A stretch of DNA of 64,000 nucleotides from Alphaproteobacteria bacterium (GCA_965243135.1 OZ251539.1:352001-416000); one strand, 5' to 3'. Shown: positions 20,268 to 32,500, counted from the stretch's first letter. The notes: generated by a model from the sequence alone, not told the origin. Made by a program: numbers and translations.

Positions 20268-21644
20268 ATGGCGAGAGACATCTACCAGGAGGTCACCGAC
20301 ACGATCCTGGCCCAGCTCGAAAAAGGCGTGCGCCCGTGGCAACGGCCGTGGGAGACCGGCGTCGAGGCCGAGAAGCCGGCCCCGACCCTGCCCCTCCGCC
20401 ACAACGGCGAACCCTACCGCGGCACCAACGTCGTTCTCCTCTGGTCCGCCGCCTCCGAGCGCGGCTACGACAAGCCCACCTGGATGACCTACCGTCAGGC
20501 GCAGGAACTCGGCGGCAATGTCCGCAAGGGCGAAAAGGGCGTCCTCGTCACCTTCGCCAAGACCTGGACGAAGACGGAGGTCGATCCCGAGACCGGAATC
20601 GAGGAGGAGAAGGAAGTTCCGGTCATGAAGGGCTACACCGTCTTCAACGTCGCCCAGATCGACAGCCTGCCGCAACAGTACTACGAGCGGAAGTCGGAAG
20701 AGATGAGCCCGGCGGCGCGGATCGAGGGGGCTGAGGCGTGGCTCCAGGCGACCGGCGTGGAACTGCGGCACGGCGGCGACAAGGCGTACTACAGCCCGGC
20801 CGGCGATTACGTGCAGTTGCCGTCCTTCGCGGCGTTCCGGGAGCCGCTCGGCTACTACGCGACGGCGATGCACGAGATCACGCACTGGACGCGGCACCCG
20901 GACCGTCTGGACCGGAATTTCGGGCAGAAGCGCTTCGGCGACAACGGCTACGCGATGGAGGAGCTGACGGCCGAACTGGGTTCCGCCTTCGTCGGCGCCG
21001 AGACGGGGATCGCGCCGGAGGTGCGCGAGGACCACGCGGCCTACATCGGCGCCTGGATGGCGGTGATGAAGGACGACAAGAAGGCCTTCTTCACGGCGGC
21101 GTCGCACGCCGCGAAGGCGGCCGAATTTCTGAGCGGGCTGACCGAGGGTTACCGGCGGACGGAGACCTTGGAGGAAACCCGGGAAGAGACGGTCGTGGTG
21201 CGGGCGCCGCCGCCAGCTCCGCCGTTGGTGACCGCGGAGCCGGCGGTGCAGGGGGAGCTGTTCCGGGGCGTCCCGGCGCGCGCTTTGGCGGGACCGGACG
21301 ACATCGTCCGCGGCGACTTGATCCGGTGGACCGAAGAGGTCCGCTCCGGCCCGTGGCCGTCGGTCGCCGGCCGGCGCGCGGTCGAGGCCGTGGTCGAGGA
21401 TTTCGTGGTCGACGCCGGCGGCGCGGGGGAGGACGCGGTCAGTCTCCTCGTCCGGAATTCCGAAGGGACCGCCGCGCTCGAAGCCGGCGACCGCATCTGC
21501 AGGACCGGCGACGACCTGTTCCGGGCGGGCTGCGAGCGGAGCGCCGGAAAGGAAGGAACGGAGCGGCAGGACGCCCTCGAGGAAAAGAACGCCGAGCGGG
21601 CGGCGCAGCGGGCGCACGCCCGAAGCTACGGCGTGTCGGCGTAG
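20268..21644 (+). CDS. ardC: ArdC-family ssDNA-binding anti-restriction protein (DUF1738 + zincin-like domain) with an extra C-terminal domain
   Basis: DIYQEVTDTILAQLEKGVRPW, YRGTNVVLLW, WMTYRQAQELGGNVRKGEKG, HEITHWT, YAMEELTAELGSAF. Confidence 0.93.
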   Translation: MARDIYQEVTDTILAQLEKGVRPWQRPWETGVEAEKPAPTLPLRHNGEPYRGTNVVLLWSAASERGYDKPTWMTYRQAQELGGNVRKGEKGVLVTFAKTWTKTEVDPETGIEEEKEVPVMKGYTVFNVAQIDSLPQQYYERKSEEMSPAARIEGAEAWLQATGVELRHGGDKAYYSPAGDYVQLPSFAAFREPLGYYATAMHEITHWTRHPDRLDRNFGQKRFGDNGYAMEELTAELGSAFVGAETGIAPEVREDHAAYIGAWMAVMKDDKKAFFTAASHAAKAAEFLSGLTEGYRRTETLEETREETVVVRAPPPAPPLVTAEPAVQGELFRGVPARALAGPDDIVRGDLIRWTEEVRSGPWPSVAGRRAVEAVVEDFVVDAGGAGEDAVSLLVRNSEGTAALEAGDRICRTGDDLFRAGCERSAGKEGTERQDALEEKNAERAAQRAHARSYGVSA

Positions 21645-21661
21645 GCGCGGGAGGGGCGGAA

Positions 21662-21871
21662 ATGAAGCTCGACATCGGGACGAAGGTGCAGATCTTCGAG
21701 GGCGGCGAGTGGGACGACCACGGCGAGGTGGTCGAAATCCGCGGGCATGACGCCGTCGTCCGGTGGCACGCCAGCGGGATGACGGCGGTGTCGTCCTGCG
21801 CAGAGTTGGCGGACCTCGTGGTCGCGGAGTGGAGCTGGGATCCGCAGCACCTGCCGGAGAACCCTGCGTAG
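21662..21871 (+). CDS. Small hypothetical protein (69 aa), SH3/Tudor-like beta pattern
   Basis: RBS ggagg; MKLDIGTKVQI...GEVVEIRGHDAVVRW; a decayed copy is conserved at 12113. Confidence 0.7.
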   Translation: MKLDIGTKVQIFEGGEWDDHGEVVEIRGHDAVVRWHASGMTAVSSCAELADLVVAEWSWDPQHLPENPA

Positions 21872-22054
21872 GGGCGGGCGTCCTCGCAACGCGTGGTCGC
21901 CTCGCCCGGCGGTTTCGGCCGGGCGAAGGGGGTTCTCGGGATGCGGCGGTGTCGCTTGCATGTCAGAACTGCCCGGCGTCAAGGAACGCCCTCAGCCCGT
22001 GCCGACGAGTAAGGGTGCGACATGTCAACGGCCTGCCGCGGCGGTACTGCGACC

Positions 22055-22345
22055 GGAGAAGAGATGATCCCGGCGGTGCCGGGAGCTGAGTCGCGGCTCC
22101 AGGAGACCGGCGCGGAGCCGCGGCACGGCGGTGACAAGGCGTACCGCAGCCTGGCGAGAGATTACGTGCAGCTGCCGTCCTTCGCGGCGTTCCGTGAGGG
22201 CTCGGCTACTACGCGACGGCGATGCCACACACTGTCGCGGCCTGGACCGGAATTTCGGGCAGAAGCGTCTCAACGACGGCTATGTGGTGGAGGAGCTGAC
22301 GGTCGAGCCGGGTTCCGCCTTCGTCGGCGCCGCGACCGGGGAATG
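22055..22345 (+). pseudogene. ardC: ardC remnant (middle part)
   Basis: RHGGDKAY...DYVQLPSFAAFRE...LDRNFGQKR...EELT, matching 20700-21010. Confidence 0.85.
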
Positions 22346-22384
22346 GTTTTCCGCCGCCGCGGGCCGTGCCGAGGCGTTCCGCAG

Positions 22385-22657
22385 TCACTCTTCCTTTACG
22401 GGTTCCACGATCACCCGGCCGCGGCCGCGGCGAACGAGGTAACCTCCTCGCGGAATGCTCAACTTGCCCTGCTCGATCAGCTGCATGATCGCTCCGGCCA
22501 TTACGGCGGCGTTGCGATCTTCGGGAACCGGTTTGCTTTGCTTTGCGATCCACTTCGCGAACGCCTCGTCGGCGATATCGGTCCCGAGGGATTTGCGCAA
22601 CGCCTCAAGCTTGCGAAGGTGGCCTTTCGTGAGTTGGTTTTCGTCAAAACCCGCCAT
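22385..22657 (-). CDS. Small conserved hypothetical protein (90 aa)
   Basis: MAGFDENQLTKGHLRKLEALRKSLG...GYLVRRGRGRVIVE; purine-rich RBS. Confidence 0.75.
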   Translation of the reverse strand: MAGFDENQLTKGHLRKLEALRKSLGTDIADEAFAKWIAKQSKPVPEDRNAAVMAGAIMQLIEQGKLSIPRGGYLVRRGRGRVIVEPVKEE

Positions 22658-22884
22658 CGATCTTCTTTCCGTTGTTGAATTCCGCCAAGCGGAACAGGGA
22701 AGGGAACATAGCCGATGGCTCCCTCGAAAACAACAACCGGATATTCTGACTGCGCCGTTGCGAGGCGACCGTGAGGTCTCTATATCCCTGCTGAGGGAGA
22801 AAACATGCGTGCGACTGAAAATCACCGTGGGGCAGGCCCGACAGCGGTTGGGATCCAAGGGCGCCGAGCGAGTGCGCGTCGCGC

Positions 22885-25354
22885 ATGCGTGGAAGAGGTA
22901 AGCGTCGTCATGGTCTCGTACCAGACGGGGGGGGGGTGCTGTTCGAGTCCATTGAGGCCGTGCTCGCCGCCGACCAACGGGGCGTGGACGAAGTGATTCT
23001 CGTGAACAATGGCAATCCGGATTCGGTGGCCGCTGCGCTGACACGCATGTCGGCCGCAGAACCACGGCTGAAGATCGTTTCCGGTCACGGCAACGTCGGA
23101 TTCGCACGCGGCTGCAATATCGGCGCCGCAGAGAGCAAAGGCCGTTACCTCTTGTTGCTGAACCCTGACTGTCGCCTTGCGACGGCCGCTATTCCCGCGC
23201 TACTGACCGAAGCGTCGAAGCTCGGCGACGACTGGCTGCTCGGGTGCCGCCTGACCGACGCCGCCGGAAGCGAGCAACGCGCAACGCGGCGCGCTCTTCT
23301 CACGCCCCGCACCGCCCTTGTGGAAGCTTTAAGGCTGGATAGATTCGCGCCGTTCCGGCGGTGCCGTCTCAATCTTCATCGGGAACCAGAAATTCCCGCT
23401 AAGGTGGCCGCCCTTTGCAAAAGGCGCGTCGAGATAGCATCGTTACCGAGGGACCAGCCGTCGCGACGCACCTTTCCCGCTTCGGCCTGGCGCCGACATA
23501 GCCTTGACTACCCTGCTTCCCCTGAAAAACCTGCTTTAGCACACTCGGACACGGTGCCGGGTCAGGAGGTGGGAATTCCCACTGCTTTCCGGTGTCCAAA
23601 CGCGATCGTAGAGCGTCTCCCAGTCCTTCAGGAAGTAGTCGAGAAACAATGCCCGCACTTTTTCCCAGAAGTAAATGGGCCGCTTGGCCTTCGTTTGCGC
23701 CTGTTGGAACAGTTTGCAACATCGCTGTTGAATCTGGTCAATCAGGAACGCTAGCATCAACGCGAAGACAGTCGACAGATTGTTGTTACCGTGACCGAAG
23801 TTGTGCTCAGTAGCCTTGGTTCTTCAGGGTGTTGAAAGTTTCGTTTTCGATCTTCCAGCGCGCCCGCCCGGTGCGCATCAACTCCGTTCCCTTCGTCAAT
23901 TGGCAGATCCGTGACCCAGGAGAAACGTTGTTTCTTGCCGTTTGGAAGCTTCTCCCAGTGAAAGTTCACTTTGAGGTCGAAGTGCGTATCGTTCAGAGGC
24001 ACTCCGTACCGGAATTCGTGCCGTATGTTGTCCTCGTCCGTGAACTCCCGGTGCTCCACGGACGGCGCGTTGTTGACCCACAGGAACTTGTGGTCGCCAG
24101 GCTTTGCACCCAGTATGAAACGCATGTCTAACTCCTTGAGAAGATTGACATGCGGTCCATTTGAGGCCAGCCCATCCTCCAACACGATCAACTTCAGGTG
24201 CGGGTGTTCACGACGCACATCTTTCAAAAGCCGTTTCGCTGCGTTCGCAATCATTCTTTTTTGCGCCGTCTCCCTTCAGGATCGGTTCCGGTGCAAACGG
24301 AAAAACCTCCTTCTGTTCCGGGTGCACCAGAACGGCTCCCAACATCTGGTGGTAGTAGGTAATCGTACCGTCGCGGTGATGTTTCTCGCAGCAGTTTTTA
24401 CAGTGCACCTTGTCCGACGAAAAGTATCCCGTTCCTCGAAAGAGCGTAATACCCGTTCAGACAAGTGTATTGTTCCAGCCCCTTGCCTCGTTGCAAAACC
24501 TGGAACATCTTCGTGAAACAACGCCGCAATTGCCGCGGACAGACTTCGTCAAGCCGTTCTCGCATCGCAGAGTCCGACGGCACACGCTTGACGCAAGTTC
24601 GCGAGGTTGTGCCGAACCGCTTCGTCGGCGTGTGCGGCATCGTCGAATTGTAGAAGCGACGCATACTTCATACCGAACACCGCCAAACCCGACATCAGAC
24701 AGTCCGTCTGGTTCAGCCCCCGGCTGGCAATCGGATCTTCGATACGGTCGAAACAAGCTCGCACTTCCTTCAGCAACCCCGGAGCGCTGAGCGTCTTGCG
24801 CATGCCTGGCATTCTGGCCATTTTGGTGCAATCCCGCCTCGCCTTCGGACCACTTTCCAGAGAAAAATGCTCCGCTTGAAGGCAAATAGCCCCGAATCAC
24901 CTCGAAAAGTCCACGAAAAATTTTTTTCCGACCCCATATTTTCCAAGGGTTTTGAGCCTTAGCGGGAATTGCTGATCGGGAACCGCTTCCCAACCGAACC
25001 ACGCGCGTACCTGTCATCAGCGGAGCGTGCATGATGTTGCCGACAAGCACCTACCGTGCCGTGGGCGGGATGGACGAAGGTTATTTTCTGCACGTGGATG
25101 ATCTGGATTTTTGCCTGCGGTTGCATCGGGCGGAGATCCCGGTCTATTTCGCGCCGCATGTGACGGCAGTCCATCACGGAGGCACCAGCCATGCCAATCC
25201 GGTATGGGTGGAATGGTGCAAGACGCGCGGTTTTCTGCGCTATTTCCGGAGGCATTTTTTCGGCCCATGGCTCCTCCCCGTCGCCGTTGCCACGCTGATT
25301 CGGTTCGGGTTGAAGGCGGCGTCGATTTTCGTGCGCCGGCCCCGGCGGACCTGA
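22885..25354 (+). pseudogene. Glycosyltransferase family 2 gene split by an IS (also has a 5' frameshift)
   Basis: VILVNNG, GNVGFARGCN and LLLLNPD lie before the IS; GGMDEGYFLHVDDLDFC lies after it. Confidence 0.88.
23387..24974 (-). mobile_element. Decayed IS (ISNCY-like DDE transposase, multiple frameshifts)
   Basis: 18-bp inverted repeats CAGAAATTCCCGCTAAGG / CCTTAGCGGGAATTGCTG; 9-bp target duplication ATCGGGAAC at 23378-23386 and 24975-24983; fragments DCLMSGLAVF, YYHQML, KKNDCE, EDGL, MMLAFLIDQ. Confidence 0.9.
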
Positions 25355-25416
25355 CGAATGCCCGACAGAGCCGAATCGCCCGGCGCGTCGCCCCAAGCGC
25401 CCCTTGCAGGCGCCCG

Positions 25417-25712
25417 GATGAAACGTACGAGAGGCCGCTGAAAAAGCCGCTCCTCGATTTCGAATCTCCCCGCAAGGTTCTCCGTCCCGAACATCCGTTC
25501 GGACATCTCCGCAGGAACAAGCTCTGGGTTATCCCCGGCGGAGATAGCCTGCCCGTCAGGAGGTGACCCCCGGAAAGAGCTGACGCAAGGCGGCTTTCCG
25601 AAGCAAATCTACGAGCGTCTCCAGAACAACCGGAGGGCTCGTTCGGCTTGCCGCGCAACTGTTGCTGGACGGACATTTCCCACCCTCGCTGCACGACGAT
25701 ATCCTGGCGACG
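25417..25712 (+). pseudogene. Fragment paralogous to the SBD-HNH gene at 49572
   Basis: gagaggccgctgaaaaagc and ctcgttcggcttgccgcgcaactgttgctggacggacatttcc are shared with 49720-49990. Confidence 0.85.
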
Positions 25713-25889
25713 CGCTTCGGGAAAGGGGCGAGTTAAGCGGCTGTAATCGATCTTCTTTCCGTTGTCGGATTCCGTCCTGCGAGCAGTACAAGGAAAGAAT
25801 TATAATCGGCAATTCGTCCGAAAACAATCTTCCGACGACTTGATTGTCATTAACTGACAGTATGAGCGATCCATGCATCATGTCCGGTT

Positions 25890-28121
25890 TGGGCGCTTCA
25901 GAGCAGGGCGGCGCTCTCAACGGTTGGTCGATCAACGGAGCGCCTTGGCTCGTCGATACGTCGGAAAAGGCATCTCGATTCGTTGAGATGAGGCCCGGTT
26001 CTGAGCGCCAAGTTCTCGTCGTTTCGATGCGGGATTCGAGTGACGATCCCGAAGCCATGCCGATTTAGGTCAGGTCCGTGTTCGAGCGGACGGTCAGAAC
26101 CGCCCATGTCGTCGTCACGGCGACGGGAACCTTCGCTCTGACCAGGCTTGATTGGAAAGGAGCCGTCGCTCTTCCGGCAGGCCGTCCGGACCTACAGGAC
26201 GGGTTTCGATCCGAAAGGCGCGGCACCTCGCGAACATCCGTTGCTCGGCGGGTGCATAACGGATTGACCGGGCGGCCCGCGGTTTCGAGGTCGCGGAAAC
26301 TGCCTGCACGGCATTGTCGACCGGCAGGGTCGCGAACGCTTGTTGCCGTCTTAATGTCGCTCTCAAGCAGGCTACGCGGAAATTGCGCAAGAAAACTACG
26401 GCCGCCGTTTCGGTGACGGTTGCCGAGCGTGTGGCGCTGATCCAACGGGAAAACGAAGAGGTCGTCGTGGGGTGCAAATCTATTTTTGTAAAACCTTGTT
26501 TGCTCCGGGAAAGGATTCCCGCCGTCAGGCCGCGATGACGTCCAATGCCTGGTTTTCGTTTGCGGCGTGCGTTCCGGTCATCGCCAGCCGCGTCGAAGCG
26601 GCCCGACGCCGCCCTGAAGGTAAGGACGTTCTGACCGCATGCTCCAGCGCTGGCCCGCCCGTTTCATGCGGTGGTTGACCAGCACCTTGTTGGCGGCCTC
26701 CACGACGCCCGACCCGACCGGGTAACCCTTGGCCTTGAGGTTAGCGTAGCGCCCCCTGTTCTTGCGGAAGAATGCAAGCTCGCGGTCGAGAATCTTGAGC
26801 GCCGTTGCCTTGCCGCGGAGATGGTGAATCGCCCGGACGACCTTGTCGGCACCCTTTTCGTCGTCGCGCAGGATGGCGCGGTACCTGTCGTACCAGTCGG
26901 TCGCGACCGCGTGGTCGGCAACCTCGCTGAGGTGCTCGCACGCATGAAAGAAGTCGACCGCCCGTTCGTCGGGCTGAAGCCCCTCGAGAAACGTCCAGTT
27001 GTCGGGCGCGGCGTCGGCGACGGCGACCAGCGGCAGGTCGGGCCGCACTTTCCGGACGTGGGCGACCTCGGCGGCGAGCTGCGCCTTCAGCGTCGCCTTG
27101 CCGGCTTCCGGCATACGCGCAACGCTCACCGTTCTCAGGCGATTGCCGTCCGCGTCGTGGAAGCTGACAGTCCCGCAGGACGCCTCGCGCCAGCACGCTT
27201 CCCTGTCCCCGTCGGGGCGAAGCGGAACCCCGTCGAGCGAGACGGTGCAGGAAGCCGCTTCGCACCGTTTCCGCCTCGCGGATGTCGTTCCTGGCCGTCC
27301 CCTCCTTCTCGTTCCAGCGCTCGCCCGCCTTCGTCAACAGACGCGCAACTCGACGACGGGTTCATGCCCCGTTTGAGGATTTTGGCTCCGTCCGTCGGCG
27401 TGCAGTGGCACAGAAGCATAAGGGCGCTTTGCGCCGCCGGACCCGTGAGGTACTTGTCGAACAGGCCCAGGCCTTCGTCGACCGGCGAGAACGACGGGCT
27501 TCCCGGCGACCGGCGGACGCAAGAACTTGACCGGACCGAACAGCGTGGGTTTTCGACGTCGCTTTGGTGGACCGGTAGAAGACCCGGCCGTCCCGGCGGA
27601 CCGGGCCGGCGTTCTCGTCCCGATCCTCGACGTGCTTCACCGCGCGACCGAGCCCCCGCTTGCGCAGCCCGACCTCGAAATCGGCGAACGCCTCGGGGCC
27701 CCCTCGTTCGGCCCCTTCGGAAGGCCGCGAAAGACCGGAATGCTTCGACGGCCTCGCCCCCTTTCCCGAGGAAGGTTGCGAACGTTTGCAAAGCCTCGGC
27801 GGTCTCCCGGGAAAAAATCGAAAGGGACAAGCCGGTCGAAAGCTGCGATGCTGGCATGGGAGTGCTCCCGATGTTGTGGTTCGGAACCAACATTATGCCG
27901 CGCGCCTGGAGCATTCCTTTTTTCGTCCTCCGGCTCCGCTGTCGTGACAAAATTCGCGCCGGTTGTCACGAAATCGCTGATTTCGGCCTTGAGGCGCCGC
28001 AGCCAAAACCAGAATAATTATTGAAAATCAACGCACTGCAGGTTTTTCGGTTTTACAATTCTAGACCTGCACCCTCGTCGTGGGTTCGTCTCCGAACCAC
28101 CTCTGGACGAGAACTACCTGA
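25890..28121 (+). pseudogene. Decayed paralogue of the gene at 1-1350, interrupted by an IS
   Basis: PWLVDT, FERT...AHVVVTATG and RKLRKKT are retained; the last codons resume after the IS (ccgaaccacctc..acgagaa..acctga). Confidence 0.85.
26470..28074 (-). mobile_element. Decayed ISKra4/UPF0236-like insertion sequence
   Basis: 26-bp imperfect inverted repeats GGGTGCAAATCTATTTTTGTAAAACC / GGTTTTACAATTCTAGACCTGCACCC; 8-bp duplication TCGTCGTG; motifs VADAAPDNW, DFFHACEHL, GSGVVEAANK...RMKRAGQRW. Confidence 0.88.
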
Positions 28122-28323
28122 ATAACGGCGGCCAGTAGGATGGCGTCCCCTGCGCCGAGGTATCAAGGGAGGTCGGAATGTCCTCGTCCTCGGGGCGTAG
28201 GTCAGATCGCTTCGATTTGGCAGGCCGAGCGATAATCGGACCAGCTGCGCGGACGATGGTCGTACGATAAAATCCACTGCGGCTTGACGACGGAAGACCT
28301 GATTTCCGGAAAAACCTTAGCGA

Positions 28324-28644
28324 TCAATTTTCTCGAATCTCGGTGGAAGAACCGACCACTCCTAATTTGGCAGCTGCTAGTCTGTTTTCATTTTCGCTCC
28401 CAGCAAGAGTCCACCCTTGCTGAAGCTGACGATGCATGTATTGTTTATTGTATAAAAAGGAAACTATGATTTGCCACCATCCAAGTGTAACTATGGTAAA
28501 CAGCAGATGAAGTGCTGCTACGCCCAGCTCGCCGCGAATAAGAGGAACAAACCAACCAAAAAATAAGAATGTCCAGCTGTATCCGTAATATCCAGGTTTG
28601 ATTATGCCGGTTTTCTCGTGCTTTATGATGATCTTAGTCGCCAT
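28324..28644 (-). CDS. Small membrane protein (HrgC/DUF2628-like), low GC
   Basis: GYSWTFLFFGWFVPLIRG...FLYNKQY...GW; RBS aaagga. Confidence 0.75.
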   Translation of the reverse strand: MATKIIIKHEKTGIIKPGYYGYSWTFLFFGWFVPLIRGELGVAALHLLFTIVTLGWWQIIVSFLYNKQYMHRQLQQGWTLAGSENENRLAAAKLGVVGSSTEIREN

Positions 28645-29533
28645 CAGATTATTTCCTTTCTTTCCGCTAACAGGATCTCCAAACACCGAGCAGTGAATAG
28701 CATGAGCACAAATACGACGTAGAGGACACAAATATCTCGCCTATTCGCCTGCGATGCTGGAAATTATCCTCGTTAGTCAATGAATTTGATTGTCCTCGAT
28801 CAACATCGAAGTACACGGCAGACTGCCGATAATCCCTATCGTAGGGCATTATCGGGGTGGACTGGCCAGCGAGTCAAGAGGCTGCGGCGGTGGGACGTTC
28901 ACCGCAGGGAGGCACAGCCCGGTCGCCGCGAAAATCTTCCTCGGAACCGGTCCAACGCTGGGCCATGCCAAACGCTGGCGACGCAATCCCGAAGGCGCGG
29001 TTCGCCTCCAAAGCACGACGTGTGCCCTCCGTGTCGTCCTTCCGTTTCCTAGCCCGGGGCTTCTCCTCAACGATCTCCAGACGCTCGGAAACGTCCGGCC
29101 GGGAAGGCATTGCTAGGCCAACCTGCCTTGGCGGGCGAATAGTGCTTCTTGCCGCGGTGCTGGGTGGAACAGCGTTTCGCCAAACCCCCGATCCGTGACG
29201 GCCGTCCGTTCCGGCGTCAGTCGGCGAAGAATTGTCGTGCGAGTGCCTGGGTCGAGAACGAGTTCGGAGGCACGCCGTTGGAAGATAAATGTGGCTTTGC
29301 AAGGAGCAGGGACACCGGGTCGGAAATGACTACAAGCCGACCGCCGCATCGCTCGTGAGGCTTACGTTCTCGGCAATCAATGTGCGGCAACAAAGGGCTG
29401 GAATGCTGTGCAGCCGCTTGGAAGCAGCCGATCCAGAGATTGGCGTGGTCTGTACACATCGGACACTGTAGCCAGCGTGCGACCGTCCATTGAGTGGCGG
29501 GTCGCGAGCTGAGTAGGTCGGTGTCGGTGCACG

Positions 29534-32500
29534 TCAACCAAGCACGTCCGAAATGATGGCGGCAATTTTTTCGGAGTCGATGCTTCCGTTCGCTTCGTCG
29601 CGCGTAACGATCAGCGTGCCGTTCTCGCCGCTTCCTTCTTCCGGCCGCAAGATGCTGTGGTTTCGGTACCATCCGAGTTTCTCCTCCCACCGGCGGCGGT
29701 AGCCGGGCACATGCAGCATCCCGCAGTGTTCCCAATAGAACGTCAATCCCGATTCCACGTCCTCGATGGTGAAATCCGGATATTTATTAGTGATGCCGCC
29801 ATCGAAGGTGAGCTCCTGTTCGTAGCCGTATTCAAGGCCAGCGTTGGCAAGATGATCCGCGATGATAACCTCGGATTTCGAGCGCACCATTTCGCCGCGA
29901 GCGGTGCGGTGGATCAAATTATTCTCGAAGAAGAGGCCATCGACCTCGACAGGCGACGGCGCGACGAAGAGGTTCGTCAAGCGGCGCGCTGTTTCGGAGC
30001 GGTCGCCCGAGGAATACTTGCGCAGTTCGGCGTGCGGGCCCTGGTGCAGGATGACGATCCGGTTCTTCTGGCGCGTGAGCGCGGTGTAGAGCAGTTCGCG
30101 AGAGAGGAGGCGGCAAGGATTCGGCAACACGAGGATGACGGTGCCGAACTGGCTGCCTTGAGATTTATGGACCGTCAGCGCGTAAGCGAGTTCAAGGACC
30201 GCATTGCTTTCTTCCGCAAAGTCACGATCAGTAAAGTCGTACTTGAAGCCGGGTTGAGAGGAAAACTCGACTTCGAGTTTCCAGCGGAAGTCGGGCTTCC
30301 CTCTCGGTCGAAAATAACCGACGGCCATGCCGATCTCGCCGTTGGCGATATAGGGATCGTCCTTATCCGGGTAAACCTTGCGATGCCCGTTTCGCGGGAT
30401 GCCGGTGTTGACAAGGTTGATGACCTTGTCGCCGTAGACGATTTCCTCGGCTCCCATTGGTCTGGGAATCCTGCGCTGCCATCCTTCCCTGCGTGCGGCA
30501 TCGACCATTGGCTGTCGGAACTGTTTGTGAATGAGCCGATTCAGATCGGGCACGCCATGGGCCGCCGACCGTACCGGCGAGAGGATCTGCCAGCGCTCGG
30601 CCGCCTCGGCCGCACCGATCTTCTCGCCCATTCCGGGGTTGAAGAAACGCAGGCCGTTCCATGGCACGCCGCCGAGCGTGGTGTCGAAGCCCTCGATATC
30701 GTCCGCATTCTTCAGAGGCAGTTCCTTCACCAACACCTCGAGGAGGCGAGAACGCATTTCTTCCGCGGTTTCCCATCGCACGAATTGGATGTGTTGGTCT
30801 TCGTCATTGCTCATTACCTTGTCAAACACATCGTCTTCGCCAGCCGCGACGGGCGAGCCGCTGAACCATTCGGCAAGTCGCAAATCCTCGCGGTTCTCGC
30901 CTGCCTGACGGTAGCGAACGGTCAATTCGGCGTAGCCGGGTCCGACGCGCGGAAACTTTTCGGTGATATTTTCCGGCGCGAGACGCTTGACGATGTCCAC
31001 GAACGGTCGGCCGGCCCCGATCGGGGGAAGCTGGCGTGGGTCGCCAATGAGAATAAGCCGGTGCACGCCTCTAAGCGCCTGGATCAGCGCGGCGAGCATT
31101 TCCTCGGTCAGCATTGACGCCTCGTCGACAATGACCGTACGCGCACCGACGTCGGTCGGTTTATCGGAGAGGCGGTAGCGACCCGTCGCGCCGTCATAGC
31201 GGTGCGGACTCAGGAACTGGGCGATGGTGTAGCCTTTGAGCTTGAGGTCCTTGGCGGATTGCTCCATGCGAACGCGGGCCTTTCCGGTCGGCGCGAGCAG
31301 CAAGACTCCGCTCGCCTCAAGTCCCGGGTGCGAGCAGAGGACCGACAGCAGGGTGGTCTTGCCGGCCCCCGCCGGGCCGATCAGCACGGATAGCCGTGCG
31401 GCCGCGAGTTCTTTCAACGCGGCTTCCTGCTCCGTCCGGCCATGTTCTTTCAGTTCGCCGGGCACTTCAAACGACTGGATCGAAGGGTGCGCGTCAAGGC
31501 ACGACCGCCAATCGGCTTCGACGACCAGGCGCTTGCCCTCGATGCGCTTCTCGATCGCGTTGCGGATAGTTGTCCCCGCCTTCCTGAGCCTGTCCAGTTG
31601 AAGGGCCGGTGCGCCGTCGGCCATGGCGAACTCTTCGACGGCCCCCCTGAAGTCTTCCTTGGCGGCGTTCATCAGGTCCGCATCGACCTGACAAGGCGGC
31701 TGCACGGGAAGCGCACGGATGCCAAGGACCACTTGATCTTGCGGAAGGAGCGTGCTGCCGCCGCTGGCTGCATCTTCTAGAACCTTGAGAACAAACGCAC
31801 GGACCCGGCGGGCGTCCGTTCCGGCATCCAAAGCAGTTGGCGTCGGGAGCGGGTGCCTCTCGCGGACGACCTCGTCCGGGAAGACGCCCCGGTCGACAGT
31901 CCAGACGCTGACGGGATCGGCGGTCAGGCGTGTGAGTTCGTAGAACAGATACGGGTTGGCAAGAAGATCTGCGTCGCTGGCGTCTATTCCGGCATTGGCG
32001 CGCTCTTCCCGGACATAGAGCGTGGTCGCCTGCTCCAGAGCGATCTCGAAGCGGCTCACGAGTTTAAGCAGCGCGCGTCGATCGTCGGGTAATCCGGACC
32101 ACTTGCTGCTGAGCGTTTCGCCGATGCTCCTTGCCAATCGCTCGGGCAGGTGTTTCCCGGGGTCGGCAAACATTTCGGCGACCAACGGCCAGGGATCGGC
32201 GTTGTCGCCGGCCTTGTCGGCGAGGATGCGGGCGACGAAAGTACCGAACTCCAACCCGAACGCCTTCAGCGCCGGGCCGAGCCCGGGGCATGGACCTCGC
32301 GCTTTCCACAGTTCACCGAGCCGCGCATCGATCCATTGCAGGCACCTGTCCCAAGGCCCCGGCAGGATGCTTTCGGCCTTGCGGAGCGATTTGGCACACT
32401 CAAGCAGCGAGGCAATGGCGCCGTCATGACTGACTAATTCCGAGCCGTACGAGAACTCGAGGAGACGGTCGGCGGGCGAGAAAGCGGCGATCTCCGCCGG

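Noticed and set aside
26671-28017. 448-aa plus-strand ORF
   Set aside because: Antisense shadow of the decayed ISKra4-like transposase
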